NCBI GenBank assembly: GCA_020184695.1
Contig: JAANOX010000153.1
Coordinates: 744,001-808,000 of the forward strand
Direction of reading: 5' to 3'
Length of the DNA: 64,000 nucleotides
Source of the DNA: Histomonas meleagridis 2922-C6/04-290x
Lineage: Eukaryota > Protista > Parabasalia
The stretch's first letter is position 1, and every line of letters starts with the position of its first letter. Under the pieces are notes generated by a model. The model was not told the DNA's origin. It did no database searches and saw nothing but the letters and a program-made list of their open reading frames with translations. Shown piece by piece: positions 20,144 through 31,236 of the stretch. Position numbers and translations under genes: made by a program.

Positions 20144-21253
20144 ATGTCGAATCGAAATGCAATATCAAATTTAATTGCACAAGATTTAGAAGGATGCATT
20201 GGAAAGTTTTCTCCAACAGATGTATTTCCATGTATTTTTTGTTCCTTTGAAAGCAATGATCCTCTTCAATGCTTGAACCACATGAATACTCAACATAATT
20301 TTGTAATTTCCAATCTTTCATCTCTAGCAATGCTTCCAAGCTACCTCCAAGATTGGCGTATCCATTCTCCACCACTTATCGAAGCCAAAATTTATGGAAG
20401 TGTCAAACAAACGATTGATCCAACAAGCCCTGAAGAAAAATCTCTTCGTAGGCTACTTCACAAGATGCTTTTAGATCGCACAATGGCACAACACGAATAT
20501 GAACGAACAACCAAAATCGATAATATTCCATGTCTCTTTTGCAAGGACAGTTTTAGTGGCACATGGCATCAATATCTTCAGTGGCTCTTTGAAGTCCATC
20601 GTTTTAACCCTGGTCGTCCACAAAATCTTGTTTACATCGAAGATTTAATTAATCATCTTCGCTCAAAGATCAACAGCAACCGTTGTATTCACTGCGACCA
20701 ACACTTTGATAAGCCACATCTTCTTCGTGCTCACATGAAGAAGAAGCCACATGACAAAATTCCAGATTCTCGATATTACGATAAGTTTTATATGGTCAAT
20801 TATCTCGAAGAAGGTAAGAAATGGCAAGACATAGCACAAGATGGCGATGCAGAAGGTGGTCCCGAATCTATCGAAGAAGGGCTTAAAGATTTCGGAGATC
20901 TCAGTGAAGGCGAAGAAACAAAATGCCTCATTTGCGACTTAGTTTCGTTTTCTCCGCGCGAAACAATTATGCACATGAGGCGCTACCATGGATTCTACAT
21001 GAACGAGATAAAGAATGCGGTCGGAGGCGATTTTTATAAGTTGGTAAGGTTCGTTAACTACGCACGAAAAATGAAAAATGAGAAAAGATGTTTCGTGTGT
21101 GCGCAGCCTGTGTTAGGTAATTATGCCGAACATATACATTTACATGATTCGAAGGTTCCAAACAATTTGCCGCAGTTTGTTGACGATAAGGAACTGTTGA
21201 TACCGGTAATACCGTCTGATCCTTTGCTGACGGTGCTTGAAGACTTTGATTAA
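20144..21253 (+). CDS. ZNF277: C2H2 zinc-finger protein ZNF277-like
   Basis: CIFC...HMNTQHNF, CLFC...LFEVHRFNPGRPQNLVY, CIHC...LRAHMKKKPH, YDKFYMVNYLE, CLIC...HMRRYHGF, YKLVRFVNY. Confidence 0.85.
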   Translation: MSNRNAISNLIAQDLEGCIGKFSPTDVFPCIFCSFESNDPLQCLNHMNTQHNFVISNLSSLAMLPSYLQDWRIHSPPLIEAKIYGSVKQTIDPTSPEEKSLRRLLHKMLLDRTMAQHEYERTTKIDNIPCLFCKDSFSGTWHQYLQWLFEVHRFNPGRPQNLVYIEDLINHLRSKINSNRCIHCDQHFDKPHLLRAHMKKKPHDKIPDSRYYDKFYMVNYLEEGKKWQDIAQDGDAEGGPESIEEGLKDFGDLSEGEETKCLICDLVSFSPRETIMHMRRYHGFYMNEIKNAVGGDFYKLVRFVNYARKMKNEKRCFVCAQPVLGNYAEHIHLHDSKVPNNLPQFVDDKELLIPVIPSDPLLTVLEDFD

Positions 21254-23444
21254 ATATTTATCCCGTTGAAGCTTTTGGAAACATATTTTTTCATAAAAAT
21301 AAAATGAGACATTTCAGAAATCGCCAAAATATGTTCGAAACATTTTGTCAAAGCTCCTGAAAGAACCTGAAGCTGAAAAAGTAACATATTCAGAAACCCA
21401 TTTTGTTATCGCGCATTTTTTCGAAATTTTTTCACTGAAAATTGAATAAAACAGTTAACTGTTATAACTGGTGGAAAAAAATCGGTAGTATCGGTTTCAC
21501 TTTTTGAACGTGATTCTATCAAAACCGATCAAAAAATGCTGAATGCCCCCCTGATTTTTTACAACCAGTTTGTTTGGAAACAATTTAATAGTTTATTCTA
21601 ATAGATTTTTGGATCAAGTAAACTCATTAAAAACTCATAATAAAGCATTGAAAAATAGAAACACTATATAATTTTACTCGGAAAAATTTTTCCGAAATTC
21701 ATCAGAAGAAATCAAGTAATAACATAAATATTAATAATTTTAATTTAATATATATTATTATCATGATTTTCAAATTTACGATTTTCAATATCCTAAGAAT
21801 TATTTAGTAGATGTCTTTGTAATTTTTTTCTATGAATTTAGATTTTTGAATATACCTACATCACTTTTTGTGAGCATATTAATGTTTTTTTCGAAAATAA
21901 TAATTTTCTCTCATTGATGATGTATTTTTTTATAAATTATGAAAATTATCTGATTATTCGAGTTAGAAAGATCAAAATAAAACAAAATTGTTTTTATTGT
22001 CTTATCCAAATTCACCTGAACCTTCATAGTCATAATTATCAATGAACCCATACTTGTCCATTTTTTCTCTCAAAAATTCTCCGTTGATTAATTCTCGTTC
22101 GGGATATATGGAGAAATTGATCAATATTAAAACCATCGATTTCAAATGCTAAACGATTGTTTTCTGAAATCGTTGCTTTTTCGATTGATTTCAATCCCCT
22201 TGCAATTCGATCTATAATTGTTTCTTTATTATATTTTGATGTTACTCTCAACATCTCTTTTTTGAACACTCCAAACGTTGAAAGATGTGTAATGAATGTG
22301 GAGATGGGTACCCAGTTAACCGCCATCAACTTTTGAATGAAACGATACGTGGGGCATCTCGAAACGGTTCACTAACATTTTCAATCGAACGGTACCCAGT
22401 TTTAATTGAGTACCCATTTTTAGATATTGATAATACATTCAAATTTAAATGGAACAAAATGTCATATTTCGGTTTCATAGAAGTTGGAGAAAAAGCTAAT
22501 GAATTTTAATTATCTATCTTCTGATGGCGTAGAATGTGAATTCACATGGTTATATCAGATGGTTATATCAGTTCTTGAAGATCAACAAGTAATGCCACTT
22601 TTTGCTCAAAAAGTGTCTCCGCCAACGAATATTTTTTACAAAATTATTGAGAAAATAATTGATCTAATTTTAATATTAATTAATGATATAATTTACATGT
22701 CTATTTAATTAACTTCGAGAAAACAATAATTAATAATATGATATTTTGTATTTGGAAAACATAAATATTCTAACTAAAAATTACTCACGAAATCAAAAAT
22801 AATAAAAACAAAATATCATAAATGATTCGATGATTGAAGTTAATATCTGAAAAATAATTCATATCACTCGAGCAAAAAGGGAAAAGCCAAAAATAAATAA
22901 TCAATTTTTCTAATTTTTTGAGGATCAAACACTTTTTATTTAAAATGGTTAAACCCATCATTTTAATTTAACTATTTCTAAATTACCATTATTAGATGGT
23001 TTCATAAGTGCTTTCTTGAATGTTTTGGATAATTTCCGAATATAATTCTGAAACATAACATTAATCACCCAATTTCGATCGTGATCTGTATTTTTAATAA
23101 GTCAAGTTTCTGTAAGAGATAATATAAATAATGTAAGAAGGAATGTTAATCCATATATAGAAATTAAAATCAAAGTTTAATATGATTATTTTGTTATTAG
23201 ATCAAAAAGGATAATGCATCAATCAACATGAGAGTCAATGTACATCTATATAATTGATATATAATAGGAAAGAAATTATTATACTATTAAAATTAGAATA
23301 ACCATTATTCATATTATTATAAAAAATTGATTTGTAGGGATATTATAAAATATTCAAAGTATCCAAATTTAACAAAGAAAAGAAAATATTATTTAAAGGT
23401 GGGGTCCACTAAATTAAATAGAAAACGATTATTCGATAAATGCA

Positions 23445-23625
23445 TAAACGGTCTCCTAGGAATTTTTGTCGAAAAAATCTTGTGGTTGAATGTAATACTT
23501 ACGAATAAAAATAAACAATATTTCTACCTAATGATGTACTCATTGTTTATAGAAATATTAAGATTTTTGATAAAATATGACAGATAATTAAATATTATAA
23601 TAAAATAAGATGAAAAAATCGTTCT
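23445..23625 (+). repeat. Left arm of a ~185-bp imperfect inverted repeat
   Basis: TAAACGGTCTCC...GTGGTTGAATGTAATAC...CTACCTAATGATGTACT...AAATAAGATGAAAAAATCGTTCT matches the reverse complement of 26079-26266. Confidence 0.8.
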
Positions 23626-24228
23626 TTTTATAAATTTTCCTTATATATGCATGGTCTTGAAAAAGAAGAAATTGAGAAAGAAGAAGAAAAGGAAGAAAAT
23701 TAAGAAAAATGATGAATAAATCATCATGAATGCAAAATTCAATCCTGAAATTAATATGCCAAATTCCATTTAATAATGTGATAATATATTTTCTGAAACA
23801 AATTTAGAATCCAAGAAAATAAGATAGAAAAAACAAAAAACGCAATATGAATTAAATACAGCTCGTTGCAATTGCTTTTATAAGGTCAGCAAAACATCCG
23901 AAATTGAGAAGTTTACAAACCGTCTGCAAAAACAAATACCCCTAATGCAAAAGTAAACCCATTGATTTTTCTTTCGTTTTGCTGCTTCTGGGCTATTTTA
24001 ATAAAAATTTCGCTCTGTTTTTTGAATCTTTTTTTTTGAATATTTAAGTGTCGATTTCACTAATCAGATTAAATATTATCAATAGTAAGTTATCATCATG
24101 ATATTAATTATCCCGATAATACAATTAACATACTTTCATGATAAAAAATTGTATGAAATTTTTTATTTAAAAGACATGCATAAAACAATATAATTACCCA
24201 ACGAGCGTTTTTCTGTACATATATATGC

Positions 24229-24429
24229 TTATAAACCTAGATCTCTTAATTCATTTGCTCTTGTGAAGAAAGCATTTGCCATAGATTTATGATAACTTGA
24301 TAAGCAAAAATTGCGATTACTCCAATATTGCATCAACTCACCAGCAGATAAGACAGAATATTTTTTGGCAATATCTTCTGCTTCTGATGAATACATGATT
24401 TTCTCTGGCTCAGATGGGAGTCCTCCCAT
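24229..24429 (-). CDS. Small hypothetical protein (66 aa)
   Basis: ATG-started ORF with Inr-like TCATTT upstream and a normal amino-acid composition within AT-rich flanks. No family recognised. Confidence 0.4.
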   Translation of the reverse strand: MGGLPSEPEKIMYSSEAEDIAKKYSVLSAGELMQYWSNRNFCLSSYHKSMANAFFTRANELRDLGL

Positions 24430-24620
24430 TTATAAAAATGAAATCCTAAAATTTTCCATGGAAAATTTTAATTAAAATGGCAAATTCTGCAAATTTTGAA
24501 TTGCTGTAAAATTATCAATATGCAAATATTTTGTCATTGGTCACAATTTCAGTTTGATTTTGAACAAATACAATTTTGAGAATGAAAATTTTCATCAAAG
24601 ATGCATGTTTAACTATCTAA

Positions 24621-25380
24621 ATGCTCGTTGCACTAAAAAAAATCATCTTTAACTTAACAAATGAAAGTTTTGACAAAGCAATTCAACAAACAATGGAACT
24701 GTTTGATACATATTTTCCATACTCATTTAATTTAATAATAAGTAATTTGGTTTTTTATGCATTTTTATCACAAAGGAATGAAATTGAAATATGCCTGAAT
24801 TATTTAAAAACGATTTATCTTTTAAAGTATTTTCTTCAAAATGCTAAGCGTATTAAAAACATTTTAGTATCTGCTAGCAGAATATATATTCAGAAAATAA
24901 AGAACTTATTGAATATTTTCTTAATCAAAGAGGGATTAATATTAATGCTATAGATGTATGTTTATATATCGAGTTTAATATTCCTTAATAAAATTTAAAA
25001 ATTATATATATATATCAATTAAAACAGTATTACAATTAGAGAAAATTATCTGGAAATAATTGAAATACTTCTTCAACAAAAAGTTATTACCGTTAAAGAT
25101 ATTTATATGTTTTATTTTGTTTTTGTTTTGATCATTTCTTGTGTAAAAATAATATTTGGAAACAGTTTAAATTTTTTGAAACATCATTGATGAAAGCATC
25201 TGAAAATGAAAATTCAGAAATAATAAAAATATTGTTGAAAAGACTTGACATTAATGCTGAAAATGTTGATTTGTTTTGTTTAAATTTTATTTAAATAAAT
25301 TGAAATTTTAAAATCATTTCTGGAAACTTATTATGTTATTTCAAACAGCACTTATCAAAGCATCTAGTCGAATATTAAAA
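24621..25380 (+). pseudogene. Decayed DUF3447/ankyrin gene, locus D
   Basis: Truncated N-terminal domain similar to loci A/B (IFNLTNESFDKAIQQTMELFDTYFPYSFNL). Ankyrin fragments ENYLEIIEILLQQK, ETSLMKASENENSEIIKILLKRLDINAEN and QTALIKAS, with frameshifts. Confidence 0.7.
25101..25341 (+). other. Two clusters of four 17-nt elements with single codons (locus D)
   Basis: Removal gives KD-C-L-G-ETSL and EN-K-E-G-QTAL. Confidence 0.75.
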
Positions 25381-26078
25381 TAGTTGTTCTTTTAAATAAA
25401 ATACAACATTTTTGTCAAATAGACTTTTCCGCAAAATTTTTTTTCTCATCAACAAAGTATCGAAAAAGTGACGCGTGCAAAACAAAATACCCCTCAGACA
25501 AAAGTAAATACCCAAAATTGAAAGGTTTACAAACAGGCAGAAAAACAGGGTATCCCGCTAGCAAAAAAATTGAATTCAAATCGATTAAATTGCATTCAAA
25601 ATAAAAAAATTTCAAATGAATCGAGAGGGATGAATATAAGTGATAAAACAAAATAAATTACAAATATATAATTGCAAAATAAATCAAAATCAAATGATAG
25701 AAAGATATTGAAGATTTGAAGATGAAAATTTCAAATGTAATTCGCGAACACATTTCAATAAATATTAATATTATACTCTGTTTATATAATTTATACATCC
25801 ATGTAATTTTTTCACTAATGATAAATTGGATTTGATCTATATAATTACGGATTAAATATATTTCAAAACCTATTTTCTTATTTTGACTTTTATGCTTTTT
25901 TCAATGAGTTTTAATCGGATTTTAAGATATTAAACAACATTATCTCAATAAATAAAGATAAACACAAAACACAAACCAAAGTACAAAGCTGAGACACAAC
26001 ATCAATTATAACCCCGCATTATTGAAAGATTCTGATTTTTGGACCCCAATAGAACTTTAGAATTTGTAAAAATGTAAT

Positions 26079-26266
26079 AGAACGATTTTTTTCATCTTAT
26101 TTTAATATAAAATTTGATTATTTGTCATATTTTATCAAAAACCTTAATATTTCAATAAATAAATAGTACATCATTAGGTAGAGGTATTGTTTATTTTTAA
26201 TTGTATGTATTACATTCAACCACCGAGATTTCTTGGAAAAAAAACAAACCTTGGGGAGACCGTTTA
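26079..26266 (-). repeat. Right arm of the imperfect inverted repeat
   Basis: Reverse complement of 23445-23625; ends GGAGACCGTTTA. Confidence 0.8.
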
Positions 26267-28377
26267 GACCGCACCCCCGAGGTTGACATGATATAGTAAA
26301 AAATGGCCAGAACGAACAATAAGAAGGAAAAAGTGCGTAAGTAAATCATTTAATTTGAAGATGGAACTTTTTCTAATAATAAAGTTTTCAATATTGAATG
26401 ACGATACACGTAAAGAATAAACATCAGAAAAAATAACCGAAATTTTATAGTTAAAACTGGGAGCCGCTCCGATAGATGAAATTGAATGATTGTTTTTGAG
26501 GAGAAATTACGGTTAGAGTGTCAACCGTCTGTTCTGTTCTTATATATTAGAATAATATGGGGAAACAAGACTAAAAATTGAAGGAATTTATTAATTTCGT
26601 CGTCATGTAAGTTAACCATTCAAATCTCTCAATTCTCAATTGGGACTTCCTCTAAATTGTGCTTCATTTTGAAAAAATGAAAAGTGACAGATTCACTTTT
26701 CGAATATTTGATTATTTAGAGTGGAAACAAAAAAATGAAAATTCTGTCGGAAGATGGGTACCCTAGGATCTGTTTCTGAGAAATAATCTGATAGGGTCTC
26801 GTGTAGTTCCATTTTGGACATTCCAGGTAATGGTCTTCGGTTTGTACGCTTCATTTTTTTGGAAATAAATGGATCTTAACGGTCTTAGCGTACTTTTAAC
26901 GGTCGAAAAATCTATACTTTCTCAGTTCGATCCATAAATAACATACCAAATCACTTTTCATATCGGCTTTGAACGACCGATTATCCTCTGTATTCCCACT
27001 TTTTGAATATATTACTCAGAAATTGAATGATTCAGAATAAACTTCAGATTCTAAAAGTATTCAAATTTAGACAATGTGTGCTTGGTTTCATTTTATTTTA
27101 GAATACAGCTTCGCCAATGCACATGCCTAGTGATGATATCAATACAATAAACACAGGAGATAAAAATTTGAATGATTTATCAACCAGCTTGAAATTCTTA
27201 ATTGAGCTTGAGAAAACTATATTCAGTTTAACCGAAGAAAATATGCAGCCATCCATTAAAAAAGTATTGGAATTATTCGATTCAAATTATCCCCATACAT
27301 TTAATGTTGTTATAAGTAACATGGTTTATAATGCATTTTCATCACTAAAACATGAATTTGATATTTACTTAAATTTTTTAAAAACACTTCAAACGAAAGA
27401 AGAAGAAAATAATCAAATTGTCTATAAACTAATTTCAATTTTTATCAAACGTATAACTGAAATCAACACACAAGAATCATATTATTTACTTGAGAAACTA
27501 ATTGAACAAAATTTAATTGATAAAAATATCACTAAAAATATTTATTCAAAATATTTTTCTCATTATAAAACAGAAGAAGAAAACCAAATCTACATAGCAT
27601 TTGATTCTGATATAAATGATCCAATACTAAAATACTTTTTTGATCATTATGAAGAACTATCAAAGAATGATTGGGAGCTTCATAAGAAACTAATTGAAGA
27701 AGGACATAATCCAAATGAAATATCAAAAATAATTCGAAATGATGAAATTGAAAAACTTCAAGAAATATCATCACAAACAAATTTTGATTTTAATCAATTT
27801 ATTATGCCATCACTTTATGAAAGATGTTCATTTATTAATCAAAAGAATGTTACATTAATTGATTATGCAGCATTTTTTGGATCTGTTAAATGTTTTAAAT
27901 ATTTACTTATGAATAATGTGAATGTAAATAACACAGGTAAATATGCAGTTGCAGGTGGAAATGAAGAAATTATTCATTTGTGTGAACAAAAATCATTCAA
28001 CATTTGAAGGTGCATATGAAGCTTCAATAGAATTTCATCGAAATGATGTCTTTAAATATATTTATGAAAACAAATTAGAAGAAATACGACCAAAGTCAAT
28101 GCTTCAAACGCCTGGAGATAGAACTAATTATTTGGTAAGTATTTGTATTAAAAAAGATAATTATGAAATTCTAAAATATTTTGAAGAAAAAGGAATTAAT
28201 GTTAATGCTGATAATATAAATGAATCAGCAAGAAATGGAAATTTATATCTTGTTAAATATTTCCTTCAAAATAATCAAATTCCAAAAAATATTTTATTAT
28301 TTTCTTCAGAAACTGATAATATCGAACTTGTGAAATATATTTTTGAACAAAAAGAAATTGATGTTAATGCAAAAAGA

Positions 28378-30384
28378 ATTCATTTTAATAATTTATAATA
28401 TGTTTTAATAATTTGTAATATGTTTTAATAATTTGAAATATGTTTTAATAATTTGAAATATGTTTTAATAATTTGGAATATGTTTTAATAATTTGAAATA
28501 TGTTTTAATAATTTGAAATATGTTTAAATAATTTGAAATATGTTTTAATAATTTGTAATATGTTTTAATAATTTGAAATATGTTTTAATAATTTGAAATA
28601 TGTTTAAATAATTTGGAATATGTTTTAATAATTTGAAATATGTTTTAATAATTTGAAATATGTTTAAATAATTTGAAATATGTTTTAATAATTTGTAATA
28701 TGTTTTAATAATTTATAATATGTTTTAATAATTTGTAATATGTTTTAATAATTTGAAATATGTTTTAATAATTTGAAATATGTTTAAATAATTTGAAATA
28801 TGTTTTAATAATTTGTAATATGTTTTAATAATTTGAAATATGTTTTAATAATTTGAAATATGTTTAAATAATTTGGAATATGTTTTAATAATTTGAAATA
28901 TGTTTTAATAATTTGAAATATGTTTAAATAATTTGAAATATGTTTTAATAATTTGTAATATGTTTTAATAATTTATAATATGTTTTAATAATTTGTAATA
29001 TGTTTTAATAATTTGAAATATGTTTTAATAATTTGAAATATGTTTTAATAATTTGAAATATGTTTTAATAATTTGAAATATGTTTAAATAATTTGAAATA
29101 TGTTTTAATAATTTGAAATATGTTTTAATAATTTGAAATATGTTTTAATAATTTGAAATATGTTTTAATAATTTGAAATATGTATTAATAATTTGAAATA
29201 TGTTTTAATAATTTATAATATGTTTTAATAATTTGGAATATGTTTTAATAATTTGGAATATGTTTTAATAATTTGAAACAGCACTTCATATAGCAGTTAA
29301 AAATAATAATATAGAAATAGTAAAATTACTTTTAGATAAAGGAATTGATGTTAATGCAAAAAATATTCATTTGAATAATTTATAATAAGTTTTAATAATT
29401 TATAATATGTTTTAATAATTTGAAACAGCACTTCATACAGCAGTTAGAAATAATAATATAGAAATAGTAAAATTACTTTTAGATAAAGGAATTAATGTTA
29501 ATGCAAAAAATATTCATTTGAATAATTTATAATAAGTTTTAATAATTTATAATATGTTTTAATAATTTGAAACAGCACTTCATACAGCAGTTAGAAATAA
29601 TAATATAGAAATAGTAAAATTACTTTTTAGATAAAGGAATTGATGTTAATGCAAAAAATATTCATTTGAATAATTTATAATATGTTTTAATAATTTGGAA
29701 TATGTTTTAATAATTTAAAATATGTATTAATAATTTGAAACAGCACTTCATACAGCAGTTAAGAATAATAATATAGAAATAGTAAAATTACTTTTAGATA
29801 AAGGAATTGATGTTAATGCAAAAAATATTCATTTGAATAATTTATAATATGTTTTAATAATTTGGAATATGTTTTAATAATTTAAAATATGTTTTAATAA
29901 TTTGAAACAGCACTTCATACAGCAGTTAGAAATAATAATATAGAAATAGTAAAATTACTTTTAGATAAAGGAATTGATGTTAATGCAAAAAATATTCATT
30001 TGAATAATTTTATATATGTTTTAATAATTTATAATATGTTTTAATAATTTAAAATATGTATTAATAATTTGAAACAGCACCTCATATATCAGTTAAAAAT
30101 AATAATATAGAAATAGTAAAATTACTTTTAGATAAAGGAATTGATGTTAATGCAAAATCTATTCATTTGAATAATTTATAATATGTTTTAATAATTTGTA
30201 ATATGTTTTAATAATTTGAAACAGCACTTCATATATCAGTTAAAAATAATAATATAGAAATAGTAAAATTACTTTTAGATAAAGGAATTGATGTTAATGC
30301 AAAAAATATTCATTTGAATAATTTTGGATATGTTTTAATAATTTGTAATATGTTTTAATAATTTGGAATATGTTTTAATAATAT
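28378..30384 (+). other. Eight clusters of 17-nt elements with single codons (locus B)
   Basis: Spacer lengths 891, 51, 51, 71, 71, 71, 51, 71 nt, all 11+20n. The last cluster gives KN-W-V-G-FTSI. Confidence 0.8.
28392..29271 (+). repeat. 20-bp tandem array, 44 units (TTTGAAATATGTTTTAATAA)
   Basis: Exact 20-nt period. Variation is concentrated in one triplet (GAA/GTA/GGA/ATA). Higher-order 260-bp duplication (units 6-18 = 19-31). Confidence 0.95.
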
Positions 30385-31236
30385 TTTACTTCAATTCAAA
30401 TTGCACAAGAAAAAAAGGCTACACAGAAATAGTAAATTTACTTGTGAAAAAAGTATAAACGAAAATTTTCAAACAAAATCTTCTTCTGTAAGCATCAAAT
30501 CTTCATTTTCAATAAGAAATGGAAATGAAGCGTATATTGCTAATAATCAAAATCAACTCGAAGATTAAATTTTCTCAGTAAACACTAAAAAGAAAATTAC
30601 CAAAAGTGTTGATGTAAACAATCAAACATATGAAAATCAACAAAATCACAATATACATTATAATAAATATATTCGCAAAGCAAAATATAAATACATAAAA
30701 ACAATAATATTATAAAGTGTATTATAAGAAAAACTTCAACAAAAAATTATTGGAAACATCATTACAAATGTATTAATATATATAATCTCGAAATACAGAT
30801 ATGCTTTAATAGTGTAAATTGCATTATATTTCTGAATTTTTTGGCATACAACTAGAGTGAAAAAAAAATTGAAACAAAACGGTATTAATAAATTTTAAAT
30901 TCAAATATCTTGATTAAAAAAATTATTAAATGCTTTCGTATTTTAAATCATTCATAATTTTTAATATATCTATTTTATGAGATATATTCAATCGAGTTAA
31001 TTTTAGTTGTTTTTTCCCATTTCGATAACTTATTTGATGTAGTGTATTTCATAAAATAAAATCAAGAAAATCAAGAATAGTAACTGTTGAAACCCTTTTT
31101 TTTGGCAAACGATAGCTTTTCGTTGTTTTTTGCGTTTTCAAAGAATTGAGAAATTGGAAGATTGCAATTTCAATGTATCACCCACTTCATCAAATTGACC
31201 TTTGAAAATTGAATGCCGAAAATTTTGGCAGAAGCA

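Larger units (their letters stand above)
27123..30458 (+). pseudogene. DUF3447 + ankyrin gene, locus B (7 interrupted repeats plus capping repeat; frameshifted as assembled)
   Basis: ORFs 27117..28007 and 27943..28398 join if one A is removed from the A5 run near 27990. Seven 90-nt cores (ETALH[T/I]AV[K/R]NNNIEIVKLLLDKGIDVNAKN) follow, then a terminal FTSIQIAQEKGYTEIVNLLVKKV*. Further homopolymer indels near 29625 (+1) and 30411 (+2). Confidence 0.8.

Noticed and set aside
22039-22710. Cluster of short overlapping ORFs
   Set aside because: No recognisable domain and inconsistent frames; probably a degraded gene.
26304-26400. MARTNNKK start suggesting a histone H3 variant with a GTAAGT intron
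   Set aside because: No histone fold downstream in any frame, and no CTAAC branch site.
28392-29271. Array considered as a CRISPR-like locus
   Set aside because: No unique spacers, eukaryotic context and no cas genes; only a single triplet varies per 20-nt unit.
29275-29283. AAACAG read as a canonical 3' splice site for the ankyrin spacers
   Set aside because: It would delete the conserved x-T residues, has no matching in-phase GT donor, and the AG is absent in several junctions with synonymous Thr codons.
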